Below the pieces are notes generated by a model. It made no database searches. It saw only the letters and a list, made by a program, of their open reading frames with translations, and was not told the origin of the DNA. Positions 47,741 to 58,986 of a DNA stretch of 64,000 nt are shown here, in pieces. This DNA comes from a virus. The first letter of the stretch is position 1. Every line of letters starts with the position of its first letter. Where the stretch lies: the IMG/VR virus record IMGVR_UViG_3300040960_001746; one strand, written 5' to 3'. The position numbers were made by a program, and so were the translations under genes.

Positions 47741-50700
47741 TTAATTCTCACAATTATGTATTAATTCTTGGTTATAATAGAACCCAGATATCTGAGTTGG
47801 TGGTAGTGTTTTTGTAAACTCTGGCGGATCAAAATCAGGGTCACCAAATATCTCTACGTTACCCTCATATTCATTACTGTCATATATTTGTGTTATAAAC
47901 ACTGTATTATAATCACTTACTAATGTATTCGCCTTTCTAACACATTTAGTATACTTATCTCTAAGTCCCGCAATAAAGTTTCTTTGTGTTTCATATGCAG
48001 TAGTACCTTGTGTAAATCCAGATAAATTATTTTGTGCATTTATTAGGTTTTGAGTTATACCACTACAACTCATAAAGTTCATATAATAATTTTGTTGTTG
48101 TTGTAGATATTCATTTTCTAATTCATCTAATTGTGTATTTAAATCTATTAACTCTTGATTTAAATTATCTAATTCACTATTAAGTAAATCAATTTGACTT
48201 TGTTGTGCGTCTATTAAATCTTGTAAATTCGGTGTATCTAAATCTTGTAGTCTTATTGCACATAACTTACTTTGTTCTACAGAAATTTGTTTCTTAAGTA
48301 GGGCAATCTCCAACTCTTTATTTAATATGTTAGTCTTAAGTTTTGTTATCTCAGGACTTGATGGATATATAGGTTTTTGTTCTACTAATGAATGTTTAGT
48401 TTCAGAACCAATACTAAAGTCTGTTTGTGCGGATAATGGACAATCAACTTCAACATCTATGAAATTCAAACTATATCTCTTATAGTTAAACTTATTGTTA
48501 TCAAAAATAGTATTTCTATATATCTTACCAGAATTATCACATCCCTCCCATATAGTAGTTGCAGGTACAACTTGTTCTAATAAGTCTAACCAATAGTCAC
48601 CAATCTTATCCATAAACTCAAACATAGTATCGTATGTATATTTACCAGATAAGTCTTTACCACAATTACTTGCGTTTAGGTATAATTCATAGAACAACCT
48701 TAATAATGGATAATCAGTAATTGTTTGTCTACTCTTAACATCAATTAAATTAGTTTGTACTAATTGATCGAATACCGCTTTAATATTAATCTCTGATGGT
48801 TGTATATCTAAGTAATCTAATGGGTTAATACAAACACTGTAAGTATCTCCCGTTGCGAATCCATCAACACATTCTTTCTTCTGTCCACAATATTCACAAT
48901 CACCCTTACATTTATCACAATCATCTAATGGTTTCCAAGTACAAAAACAATTACTACTATCCCATTGATAATTTTTACCTAAACCTAATCCAGTTGCACC
49001 TTCACCATTTAATAAATCATTTAGTGATTCACAACATTCTTGATCTATACTTAATTTTTGGTTAAATGTTTGTGCGGTTACTCCTGTTCCTGATAACACC
49101 TCAGATAATACCCCACCACTATATGGTGTAGAACCTGTATATAGATAAGTTTCAAATAATGAAATTGTACCATCATAGTTTTCAGTAATGATACCGAATA
49201 AATTATTTAAACTACTATTATCATTTATAACTATAGTATCAGTACCACAATTGTTTTCTTGTATATAGAAATTATCTAATGATTCACCTTTTTCCAATAG
49301 TTGGTAATAAGTTGCATCTAAAGACTCAATATAATCAGAAGTCAATGCATAAAATTTATTCTTCAAACTTAACACACTTTGTGTCAATGAATCAGTGTAT
49401 GTAGAACAACTAAATGTTAATCCTGTTGTAACTATATCGTTAAATGATAATGTGTATCCACTACTTAATACTTCACCACTAAACACTACAGAATGTTCTG
49501 TAGACTGATCTTCGAATAAGTATGTATTACAATCTTGAAATAAGAAGTCGTCTTGATCTTCAAAAGTTTTAGAATCCTCCAAACATTTAGTAGGACAATT
49601 ATCACAATCGATATTTTTCCAATAATTAAATACATCACATTCTATTGCCTTCGCAGGGTCAATACTGAAAGTTGCATTTTTAACATTTAATATTAAATCA
49701 GAATGGTTAATATCGTAATCAGTATATCTATATTCTAAATCTAACCATAGTCTTTCTTGTTGTGCACCTAATTTAACAATTTCATAATTAGATGTAGAAC
49801 CAGTATTACAATCTCCATTAGGATATATTGTTTGTTTAACTACACCATCATCGTAATAAACCCAAGATTTTTTATTATCTATGACACAACTTAATTGTGG
49901 TACCATACAATCATTTATGGATAGTATTCTATTTGTTTGACAATCAGAAACATTTACTTGTATATTATCTACTAACAAACATAATGAACATTCATAATTC
50001 TCTAATTCTATAGAGAAGAAAAATTCTTTGTTAGGGTATAATCTTCTTAAATCGTCACATACACACTCAGGTATCGTAAACTTAAATGTTTGCCACGCTG
50101 GTTCAAACATCTCACCATTATATGGTACATTTAATTGTGATAGGTGGTTAAATATACCATCCTCAATTACCGCAATCTCTTGTTCTGTTCCTTCTAAAAT
50201 AACTCCAGTGTATCCATTTGTAGGATCCCACTCCCATATTGGGTTCACACTTTGTGTATATGGTAGATAAGTTAAACCTGTATCTATATTTGTCTGTGTA
50301 TCAACATTTGTATTATTAACAAATAATTTAAAATTAACTTTTAAGTCATCTAAGTATGAATCAAAATAACTATTGTTTTCTTCTTCATAAACTTCATAAT
50401 CTTCTACCAATGTGTTATACCAATTATCATAACATTCTTGAGTTTTTTGTTCAATAATAGGTATCTCTTGTTGTAGTTCTTCTAATGAATCTTGTAATAA
50501 TTGTAAGGAAACTAAATCACAACAAGTATCAATAACTTCAGGATCACCCCCACCTACAGTATTACTTGTAAATAAACATTCTCCATTTACAAAGTTATAT
50601 TGTCCTATTAATGGTAATGTATTTGAGTTACAACATTCTGAAGGTATGTCCTTTCCATTATATAACAATGCACCTGTGGGTGACTGAGTAAATAAAGACG

Positions 50701-52099
50701 GATTATTGAATTCACATCTTTTATCGTCTGTACTATCACCAACATCTACTGGAATGCAGGGTGGTGGCCAACAAGGTGGTTGTTCTGGAACGGGTGGTAA
50801 TCCTAACCCTCCTGGCCCCGATGGTAGTCGTTCAAAATTCCCTACACTTAAATCATCTGTATCCCCACCTAAACCATTTTCTGAATTAGGATCGTCAATC
50901 TCACTTCTAGTCCCAAAACACGGTCCTCTTTGGTATAAATTATTTGACACTAATTGCCAATTAGATGTAGTATAACTAGGGTCCATACTTAATGATGGGT
51001 CAGTTGTTAATGATGGATTCGTAGGTGAAGTTATTAAATATTTAAATCCATTTGCGTAATCATAGTCGTATGTACCTAAACTCCTAGCACAACCGAAAGT
51101 TAGTGGTGGTGGCGGTGGATTATCATCTTTAATACCACCTACATTTAATGCTGCCATAACAACTCCTGCCGTTTCAGGGTCTAAATAACCCTTTAACATA
51201 GAGTATAAACCTAAGATACCGATAACCCAATTTGCGATAGTGTTACCAATTTTTAATAAGTTTTGTTCTCCTTTAGTATCTGTAATTATTTTATTTTGTT
51301 TAAATTGGTTTTCAGTAAACAATGCATTTTTTTCTTCTTGTGTTGTAAATAATTTACTTATCTGTGATTTATTTTTAGTATAAATTATATTTAAAGTAAT
51401 TTTTTGTGAATCAGTTAATGTTAAATTACCAGAATCGTCTGTAATAGATTTAGTTGTCACATTTAATAACTCCGCAGTTCTATTAATCGTATTTTGTGTG
51501 TCGTTATTTTCTAACTGAGATGTTTGTACCGACTCATCAAAACTAACTGTATTATTATAATCAGTAGTTAATCTATTAATATCTTGATTAACCTCATATA
51601 ATTGTGTCTCTAATTCATTAACTAATTCAGTGTTATTTTCAAACTTTGCATTTTTTAATTCTGTTTCTATTCTATTTTTACTTCTACAATCTTCTAATAA
51701 TTGTGAGTAAATTACTTCATCTTTTTGATTTTGTAATGTTTTAGTTTTTATACAATCGTTATATTGTGATTGTTTAGTACCATCGTTTAAATTAATCCCA
51801 CCATAAACTAAATTGTTACAATATGTTGCATAATTAAATGTTCTTAATTCAGTTAGTTTATTTTCATAAACAGTACAATCTAATGGGTTATCAACGTTGG
51901 TTAGTGCTTTTTCTATAATGACATTATCAGAGTTCTTTTGATTAATAGTTTCTTCGATTGCATTAATCTCCTTAGATAAGTCACCTGCCTCAACTCTTAA
52001 CTTATCCAATTCCGACTCCATTTGCGCAGATAATCTGTTAAATAATTTTACATTATTAACTTTTTCTAACGATTTATCTGTTTTATTTTTTCTCATCAT
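47741..52099 (-). CDS. Giant Cys-rich putative virion protein with coiled coils
   Basis: 1452 aa; coiled coils, one hydrophobic helix, Pro/Cys segments, YW..LLEQVVPATTIW. Confidence 0.6.
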   Translation of the reverse strand: MMRKNKTDKSLEKVNNVKLFNRLSAQMESELDKLRVEAGDLSKEINAIEETINQKNSDNVIIEKALTNVDNPLDCTVYENKLTELRTFNYATYCNNLVYGGINLNDGTKQSQYNDCIKTKTLQNQKDEVIYSQLLEDCRSKNRIETELKNAKFENNTELVNELETQLYEVNQDINRLTTDYNNTVSFDESVQTSQLENNDTQNTINRTAELLNVTTKSITDDSGNLTLTDSQKITLNIIYTKNKSQISKLFTTQEEKNALFTENQFKQNKIITDTKGEQNLLKIGNTIANWVIGILGLYSMLKGYLDPETAGVVMAALNVGGIKDDNPPPPPLTFGCARSLGTYDYDYANGFKYLITSPTNPSLTTDPSLSMDPSYTTSNWQLVSNNLYQRGPCFGTRSEIDDPNSENGLGGDTDDLSVGNFERLPSGPGGLGLPPVPEQPPCWPPPCIPVDVGDSTDDKRCEFNNPSLFTQSPTGALLYNGKDIPSECCNSNTLPLIGQYNFVNGECLFTSNTVGGGDPEVIDTCCDLVSLQLLQDSLEELQQEIPIIEQKTQECYDNWYNTLVEDYEVYEEENNSYFDSYLDDLKVNFKLFVNNTNVDTQTNIDTGLTYLPYTQSVNPIWEWDPTNGYTGVILEGTEQEIAVIEDGIFNHLSQLNVPYNGEMFEPAWQTFKFTIPECVCDDLRRLYPNKEFFFSIELENYECSLCLLVDNIQVNVSDCQTNRILSINDCMVPQLSCVIDNKKSWVYYDDGVVKQTIYPNGDCNTGSTSNYEIVKLGAQQERLWLDLEYRYTDYDINHSDLILNVKNATFSIDPAKAIECDVFNYWKNIDCDNCPTKCLEDSKTFEDQDDFLFQDCNTYLFEDQSTEHSVVFSGEVLSSGYTLSFNDIVTTGLTFSCSTYTDSLTQSVLSLKNKFYALTSDYIESLDATYYQLLEKGESLDNFYIQENNCGTDTIVINDNSSLNNLFGIITENYDGTISLFETYLYTGSTPYSGGVLSEVLSGTGVTAQTFNQKLSIDQECCESLNDLLNGEGATGLGLGKNYQWDSSNCFCTWKPLDDCDKCKGDCEYCGQKKECVDGFATGDTYSVCINPLDYLDIQPSEINIKAVFDQLVQTNLIDVKSRQTITDYPLLRLFYELYLNASNCGKDLSGKYTYDTMFEFMDKIGDYWLDLLEQVVPATTIWEGCDNSGKIYRNTIFDNNKFNYKRYSLNFIDVEVDCPLSAQTDFSIGSETKHSLVEQKPIYPSSPEITKLKTNILNKELEIALLKKQISVEQSKLCAIRLQDLDTPNLQDLIDAQQSQIDLLNSELDNLNQELIDLNTQLDELENEYLQQQQNYYMNFMSCSGITQNLINAQNNLSGFTQGTTAYETQRNFIAGLRDKYTKCVRKANTLVSDYNTVFITQIYDSNEYEGNVEIFGDPDFDPPEFTKTLPPTQISGFYYNQELIHNCEN

Positions 52100-52107
52100 T
52101 TATTTAT

Positions 52108-55100
52108 TTAACTACATAATGAATTATATTGTCCAATAACATTCATTATCGCACTTTCTAATGTCTTATAATCTGTCAATAATTTAGACCATATACCACA
52201 TTCTAATGGAACTTCTAAATTACATACACTTTGTGTTGTTATATAATTATTATATTGTATGTCACAAGTTGGGAATAATAGAGTTAAATTAAAACATCCC
52301 GATATTTCATTCTCCACATTCGATTTAATAGTTTTATATTTTTCAATGAATTGTAATATTTCTGCAGTATTAAAGTTTAATGACGCCAATAAATCTTGTG
52401 TAGGGTTATTAAATAATTCCCCATAAGTTGTGTTTATCTGTGAAACCCAGTTTTGGTTTGCAGATGCCCATTGTGTTACAGACACAACATTTCCTCCCAT
52501 CGCATTACAACATTCTACGTTTGGTTCTAATACATTAGTGTTTTGCCAAACAATATACTCTTCTGTAACATCCTCTCTATCGTTAAAATTACCTTGTAAT
52601 GTTTGTGATTCATCTACACTATTTGTAAATGCAATGAAGTTTAAACAATTAATATTACTAATTGTGTTATCATGTATAATTGCAGGATTACAAGATATGT
52701 TATCTGCACATTGTATTAGATTATTAGCCTCATATTTTAACATATAATCAAAAGAGAAATCTATTGTACAACTACAATCTTCTAATTCAGGTAATTTAAA
52801 TCCTTGCCAGTTCTCACTTCCAAATACAACTGAAACATTATTTATAACATCACAAGATAGTCTATCTGGATCAACTGCCGCACTAAACACTACGTTAGGG
52901 TTTGTAGAATATGGATTGTCACCTGTGAATGGGATTAAAGTATTACTATTAGGGTCCACCGTAAAATAACCAAATGAATAACCATAGAATTCTGCGACTT
53001 CTTGATAAAGATCACTTAGTTGTTGATCACTATACCAATCCAAAACAAAGTTATTATCATATATAATAGGTTCAAAACTTACTCTACCATATTCATCAAT
53101 TGCTTGTACCTGCCAATTAGAAGGAATCATTAAGTCAGGATCATCTAATATTGCGTTTGGTTGTATTACAATGTTGTTACCACCGTCATTAAAAACAATT
53201 TCTTTAATTATAACCGACTCTTCAAAACAATCTGTAAAAATCTCAGTAGAGTAATAATTATAAACTCCACCAACAGGATTTTGCAAATCATAATATGAAT
53301 TGTTAACTTGTGTATCTATTACTGGAACTGTATACCCATCTAATTTAATATCTGTAGATACTAATTCAGGTGTAGTTAATTCATTACCCTTTATACAAAC
53401 TATATATTCATTTTCACCATCGTTTACTAACTGAAAGTCGTATCCATTATATGCACAACATTCAGGACTGCTTATTATTGTTGTAGATATACCACCCGAA
53501 CACTGATCATCATTTAAAAAAGTGAATATAGTCTCAAATAAAGGTGTTATACTTTGTGTTTGATTTATATAATCTACATATTCCTCATAACTATTAATAT
53601 TTTGTATTTCAGGATATTTACCATAACTTCTAAGACCATCAAAATATGCTTGTTCTTCAAATTGTGGCCTTGTTACCTGTACACATTCACCATTCCACAA
53701 TTGGAATACGTTATTAGGTAACGTATTATTTGTAAATTCCCATACTATTATCCCACTAGGTAATACCTCAATAGGTTTACCAACACAAGGTGCGGATGCG
53801 GAACAATATTCTGTTAATCTCCCAAATTCATTAACATAAGAAACATAATTTGCACCTAAACTTCTACAACACTGTGGGAATCTATCAAAACTAACTTTAT
53901 TACCATCTTCATTAGTATAATAATAAAAGGGTAAACACTCTTGTAAGGTTAAATTATCACAACTATACTCAACAGTCTCTACCTCTACCTCACTTAAACA
54001 AATCTCCAAAGTTTTATTAGTATCACAATCTTCAGTAGAGATTTCATTTAAACAATTTTTTAATGATAATTCATAATTATTTTTAATAATCTGCCATTCT
54101 GGAGAATAAACTAAATAACTATCTTTTTGTATTAACTCTAAAAATGCATTATATTCTGCTTCCGCCTCTGCAAATGCTTGTTGTAATGTCGTCTTTCCAT
54201 CATTTTGTAACGGAGTTTCAATAATAGAGTAATTAACATTCAAACAATTATCTATAGGTTGGTAATTATTTGTATTACTATTGTATGTTAATTGTGTAGT
54301 ATAGAATGTCGTTCCTGTAGGAATACCATTAAAAATACCATAATTATAATTTACAAAATAATTTTGTCTTATAGTGTCTGCAGTTATAACTACGGTAGGT
54401 TCATTATCGAAATTAGGTATATAACATCTACTAAAATATTGTAAATATTCACTTCCTCCATCATAAGGCCCAACATGTGGATTATTACCATTTAATACTG
54501 TTAATACATTACTACCATAAGTTTCTCTATACCAACCACCCGCTTTTTGGAAATACATATCTGTAATACCATTCTCTACAACTTCTCCAGTTTCGGGATC
54601 AATAAAGTTACTAATTACTAAGTCACCATTAACTGGTGGTAATGGGAACCCATCATCATCATAAGGTATATTAGACAAATCAACTTCACCAGTATAAATG
54701 TATAACAACCTTTTTATTTCTTCGATGTCTAATGGTTTATCTACAACTACAATATATTCATTAAAATTAACTAATGACTCAGGCGCACCAATAAATCTAA
54801 ATAAAAACTCAACCGCTTTCCTACTACCCTTACTTTTCCATAACCAAGCAATATTAAGTATCAATCTTCTATATAACTCAACATCAATTTGTTCTTGTGT
54901 AAGATTTGTTGATGTTCCACTAAATTGTCCGCCACCATTACTCGGTAAGTATAGTTTAGAAAATGATGTGTCACTAATAAAATTAATCGGCTCTAACCCT
55001 AACATAAATGCTAGATCCTTCACTAAAACGTCAGGTAAATTATTTCTTTTATTATATGTTACAACATGTGCAAACTTAATACCATTAATATATTTTTTAA

Positions 55101-56286
55101 CGTAATCAAATTCAACACCATATATCCTAACCAATTTAGTCGCCTTTTCACCATTTAAAGTTAAATCTTCACCGTCTGCCTTTGGTAAGGTATCAAAACT
55201 ATTTATTGCTTCAGTAGTATATTTTCTAAATATTATATCAGTATTTGTTTGATCTAACCCCTCACCCAATTTCGTCAATTTAGTAAGGTAAGCAATATAA
55301 AAGGTGTCGAAGAAATTAAGGTTATACCCATCATCCATTAAAGGGAAATCGTATACTTTTTTACTAGTTAATAATACACCATCATCAGTATAATTACTAC
55401 TGATAATCTCTGCTCTGTATATTGGAGTAATATTTCTATTTAATATTGTTCTCTGAAAATCATCTAACCCACTAAAGAACTTCTCAATTTCAGACTCATT
55501 AGGTTTTATAAAATAAGGGATAGAGGCATCTACATTGTTACTTAAAAAGCTATATTGTGGTATATAGATACCTGTAAGTTCAGGAAATGGATTACCGTCT
55601 ACAACCAAAGTTAACTCCGAATTAGTTTTTTGTGTAGCTGGTGTTATACTTTTAATATTTTTTACTATTCCATTGTGTTCTATAACATATGACCCATATT
55701 TTAAAGTAAAATTCCTTAAAGGATTTTCTTCACTATTTGTCGCAACATACTTAGAATCTTCAGTATATTTTATAGCATATGGATTATTAAAGAAATTACT
55801 ATTAACTTTAAATGTTGATTCGTCACTAGATATATCATAAACATAATCAGTAATATTATTACCTGTAACACTACCAACTTTATTATCTACGTATATTGCG
55901 GCTGGCCAATTCTCCTGTATATCTAATAAAGATGCTCTAATCATCTCGCTAGAAGAACCATACCATATATAACTCAAAGGATTTGTAATGTCTATATTAA
56001 GTTTAGCCTTAACATTACTTTGAATAGTTGATTGTGTGTCACCAGATGTACTAATATCATCTAAAGTAAAAAATTTAGATTTAGTACCTTGAGTAAATAA
56101 GACATTTGGTTTTGGATCTAAATTAACAGATATCGAAAAGTTACCATTGGTAAATAATGTAGTACCCCCCTCACTAGTAAGTTGGAATCCTACTAAATCA
56201 GGACTGAAGTTCCTATACTCAATGTTATCATTGAAGAATATTCTTTTTGCGTATCCCGCAATTTTTATTCTGTTATTATTTGCCAT
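52108..56286 (-). CDS. Giant putative baseplate wedge-like protein
   Basis: LVKDLAFMLG..YRRLILNIAWLWKSKGSRKAVEFLF resembles the wedge KG(T/S) motif; repeated ECC motifs. Confidence 0.6.
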   Translation of the reverse strand: MANNNRIKIAGYAKRIFFNDNIEYRNFSPDLVGFQLTSEGGTTLFTNGNFSISVNLDPKPNVLFTQGTKSKFFTLDDISTSGDTQSTIQSNVKAKLNIDITNPLSYIWYGSSSEMIRASLLDIQENWPAAIYVDNKVGSVTGNNITDYVYDISSDESTFKVNSNFFNNPYAIKYTEDSKYVATNSEENPLRNFTLKYGSYVIEHNGIVKNIKSITPATQKTNSELTLVVDGNPFPELTGIYIPQYSFLSNNVDASIPYFIKPNESEIEKFFSGLDDFQRTILNRNITPIYRAEIISSNYTDDGVLLTSKKVYDFPLMDDGYNLNFFDTFYIAYLTKLTKLGEGLDQTNTDIIFRKYTTEAINSFDTLPKADGEDLTLNGEKATKLVRIYGVEFDYVKKYINGIKFAHVVTYNKRNNLPDVLVKDLAFMLGLEPINFISDTSFSKLYLPSNGGGQFSGTSTNLTQEQIDVELYRRLILNIAWLWKSKGSRKAVEFLFRFIGAPESLVNFNEYIVVVDKPLDIEEIKRLLYIYTGEVDLSNIPYDDDGFPLPPVNGDLVISNFIDPETGEVVENGITDMYFQKAGGWYRETYGSNVLTVLNGNNPHVGPYDGGSEYLQYFSRCYIPNFDNEPTVVITADTIRQNYFVNYNYGIFNGIPTGTTFYTTQLTYNSNTNNYQPIDNCLNVNYSIIETPLQNDGKTTLQQAFAEAEAEYNAFLELIQKDSYLVYSPEWQIIKNNYELSLKNCLNEISTEDCDTNKTLEICLSEVEVETVEYSCDNLTLQECLPFYYYTNEDGNKVSFDRFPQCCRSLGANYVSYVNEFGRLTEYCSASAPCVGKPIEVLPSGIIVWEFTNNTLPNNVFQLWNGECVQVTRPQFEEQAYFDGLRSYGKYPEIQNINSYEEYVDYINQTQSITPLFETIFTFLNDDQCSGGISTTIISSPECCAYNGYDFQLVNDGENEYIVCIKGNELTTPELVSTDIKLDGYTVPVIDTQVNNSYYDLQNPVGGVYNYYSTEIFTDCFEESVIIKEIVFNDGGNNIVIQPNAILDDPDLMIPSNWQVQAIDEYGRVSFEPIIYDNNFVLDWYSDQQLSDLYQEVAEFYGYSFGYFTVDPNSNTLIPFTGDNPYSTNPNVVFSAAVDPDRLSCDVINNVSVVFGSENWQGFKLPELEDCSCTIDFSFDYMLKYEANNLIQCADNISCNPAIIHDNTISNINCLNFIAFTNSVDESQTLQGNFNDREDVTEEYIVWQNTNVLEPNVECCNAMGGNVVSVTQWASANQNWVSQINTTYGELFNNPTQDLLASLNFNTAEILQFIEKYKTIKSNVENEISGCFNLTLLFPTCDIQYNNYITTQSVCNLEVPLECGIWSKLLTDYKTLESAIMNVIGQYNSLCS

Positions 56287-56294
56287 TTATCTCT

Positions 56295-57197
56295 TTAAAA
56301 GTCAGTTATATCATCAAAATCTTTAGTTGGGTCAATAGTAAACTTCTGTTCCCTCACTTCAAACAATGGTTTACCAGTAAACTGATCTTTAACTTCATAT
56401 AAGTTATATTGTCTGTATATTTGGTTACCAAAGTTGTATATAGTATAAATACCATCTTCTAAAGATTTTGTTTGGTTAGAGAACAATGCATATGCTAAAG
56501 TTTCATCATCGAACTCAACCATTTCAATTTCTAACATAACAGGGTCGAAAAATGTATTTGTAATAATAACCTCTTGTTGTGGGTTACCAATGAATGGTAT
56601 CGCATTAGGTTTTATTGATGGTGCCGATGAAGGAGATACCGTACAAAAAACACTTGTGGAGTTATCATTAAATGTGTATGCAACAGATGCGTTAGAGTTT
56701 CCTTGATTTTGTGTAACTGGCAATGCCCTATTATTAGAGGTTATGATTCTAAATAAATTTTGTATTTTATCTTGTCCAGTACCAGTTTCTTCTTTAAGAT
56801 ACTCAACTCTATAACCAACTAAATTACCATTTTCAAATCTATTTTGTAAATCTAAAGGTATCTGATTTATGTCAAATACAATTCCTTTTACATCTTGATT
56901 ATCAATTAAAACACTACAGTCTTGTATTGTAGTTCTAATTTGTCTAGGTCTAATTATAATATTGAAAAATCCCTTTGCTCCAAAAACATTAGTCGGTAAT
57001 TTTAACGTATATAGCCCACCGAATATCTCATTTGTGTTGTTTGGGTTAGATGCAGGTATTAATACCTCCGCAGGATCTAAAGGCGTTAATTGTACATCTG
57101 TTATTAATTCCCTATTAGGGGTATAACTATAAAATATCTCAACATCGTTTATTGATACGTCTGCTGGTCTTATTGTTCCATAATTTCCTGTTGCCAT
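56295..57197 (-). CDS. Putative structural protein
   Basis: 300-aa beta-rich ORF within the structural module. Confidence 0.55.
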   Translation of the reverse strand: MATGNYGTIRPADVSINDVEIFYSYTPNRELITDVQLTPLDPAEVLIPASNPNNTNEIFGGLYTLKLPTNVFGAKGFFNIIIRPRQIRTTIQDCSVLIDNQDVKGIVFDINQIPLDLQNRFENGNLVGYRVEYLKEETGTGQDKIQNLFRIITSNNRALPVTQNQGNSNASVAYTFNDNSTSVFCTVSPSSAPSIKPNAIPFIGNPQQEVIITNTFFDPVMLEIEMVEFDDETLAYALFSNQTKSLEDGIYTIYNFGNQIYRQYNLYEVKDQFTGKPLFEVREQKFTIDPTKDFDDITDF

Positions 57198-57207
57198 AAC
57201 TTTTTTT

Positions 57208-58083
57208 TTAAATTCTTATAAATCCACCTCTATTTGTGTCAATATCATTAGTTGTTTTTATTTCCGACAATAATGCATGTCTCTCAAATATATCTGCAAT
57301 ACCCCTATTAATAAATACTACACTATCAACTTCTGGTTTAAAAACAACCCCTAAATATTCTTCTTTTTTTGTTGTCGCACTTAATGATGTATTAAATTCA
57401 TCCCATCCACCATTACCTGTTTCAAAAATTGTAGTTTTATAAGATGTATTTTTACCAAAATCATCAACTTTTTTAGTATATTTATTTTTAAATGTAGTGT
57501 ATTTTATTCCAGTATTATTTATATCATTAACATTTGCGCCGATTTTATATATGGTTTTTTCTATATCTTCAGAAATAACACCATTAAAAATATTTGTAGT
57601 ATCATCAGAAGTATTAAGATTAGGTACGTATATATCATCACCCGAAACATCTTTTCGATATGATTTAACTTGACTTAACAAACTGTCATCTGTATATCCC
57701 GATATATTAATATTATCTTTATAATAAAATTCTACAGGTGCACCTGCCAATCTCCCATATGTAAACGAATTAAATCCTTGTGGTTTTGTAGTTAGAGTTT
57801 CTGTTTTTGGGGTATATGGGTTATCAGTAAAAATACCCATATCGTCTATTTTTTGTGTAATAAATAGACTAACATCTATAGTATTAGGTATTTTTTGCCC
57901 AAATGCGTTTAGTTTGAAATTACCTTCTTTGTCGATTTTAAATTCAGGAATAGTACCATAATAATATTTGGGGTTACTCTCATCAATAACAGTTTTACCC
58001 TCAGAATTTTTTATAAGAACACTTTTCGGTATAGACCTAATAGTGAAATTCTCTAAATTTATTTTTTTTCTAATATATTTCAT
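57208..58083 (-). CDS. Putative structural protein
   Basis: 291 aa; TATTTATA upstream. Confidence 0.55.
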   Translation of the reverse strand: MKYIRKKINLENFTIRSIPKSVLIKNSEGKTVIDESNPKYYYGTIPEFKIDKEGNFKLNAFGQKIPNTIDVSLFITQKIDDMGIFTDNPYTPKTETLTTKPQGFNSFTYGRLAGAPVEFYYKDNINISGYTDDSLLSQVKSYRKDVSGDDIYVPNLNTSDDTTNIFNGVISEDIEKTIYKIGANVNDINNTGIKYTTFKNKYTKKVDDFGKNTSYKTTIFETGNGGWDEFNTSLSATTKKEEYLGVVFKPEVDSVVFINRGIADIFERHALLSEIKTTNDIDTNRGGFIRI

Positions 58084-58101
58084 AACTTAAATATAAATAC
58101 A

Positions 58102-58986
58102 TTAAATTGTAGTTTGCCAAAATGTTAAAGTAGGTATACCACCACCACTAGGGTTTAAATTAACTCCAGATGGTATTGAGGATTGTCTACTATTAGGTGA
58201 AAATCTATATTTATATACACCATTATCATTTCTTAAAATTATTTTTAAGTACAATATCCCATTTTCCCCTTCTAAATTACTTATTGTTATGTTATTGGGA
58301 TCAAAATCTTTTGATGGGGCTAATTCATAAACCCTACCATTAGATGCGTTGTTAAATTGTACTACACCATAAACCTCATATTCTTGATTTGGTGCATTAT
58401 CCACTAAGTCTTTGAACCAATAAATATGAAATCCTTCATGAACCTCTTCAGGTTGTCTCACAGGATCCCCCAAAATAAATGTTATAGGACATTCATCTAT
58501 CGGTAATGTAAATCCAAATTGGTTCTCTTGTTCTTCACCAACTTGCGTATAAATGTCTGAAAATGTTAGTAATTCATTTTGTCCACTATTAGGTGTATCA
58601 TATAAAGAGAAACGAATAAAACTATTTATAAATCTATTTGTTCTACAAAAAACATCATCAAATATAAAATTAATGTCTTCATATACGCCAGGCTCTGCAC
58701 CACTACCTCGATGTTGTGGGGAACCTAAATTAATACTTGCAGGTGTATAAAAATTAAGGTTAATCTTAAATTTATCTATTAGATTACCAAACTCATCTTC
58801 AGGTTTAAATATTACTTTTTTGTAATCAACAATAGGGTTTATAGATTTTTCTATCTCATCTTTTACAAATTTATCTTCTATTAATTCTGCGTTATCCACA
58901 GGAAAGAAATTCGTTTTAAGTGGGATATCTATAGTAGTGCCAGTACCAAGATTACCTATCAATATTTTTCTTCTATCAACAAACAT
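58102..58986 (-). CDS. Putative structural protein
   Basis: 294-aa ORF in module. Confidence 0.55.
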   Translation of the reverse strand: MFVDRRKILIGNLGTGTTIDIPLKTNFFPVDNAELIEDKFVKDEIEKSINPIVDYKKVIFKPEDEFGNLIDKFKINLNFYTPASINLGSPQHRGSGAEPGVYEDINFIFDDVFCRTNRFINSFIRFSLYDTPNSGQNELLTFSDIYTQVGEEQENQFGFTLPIDECPITFILGDPVRQPEEVHEGFHIYWFKDLVDNAPNQEYEVYGVVQFNNASNGRVYELAPSKDFDPNNITISNLEGENGILYLKIILRNDNGVYKYRFSPNSRQSSIPSGVNLNPSGGGIPTLTFWQTTI

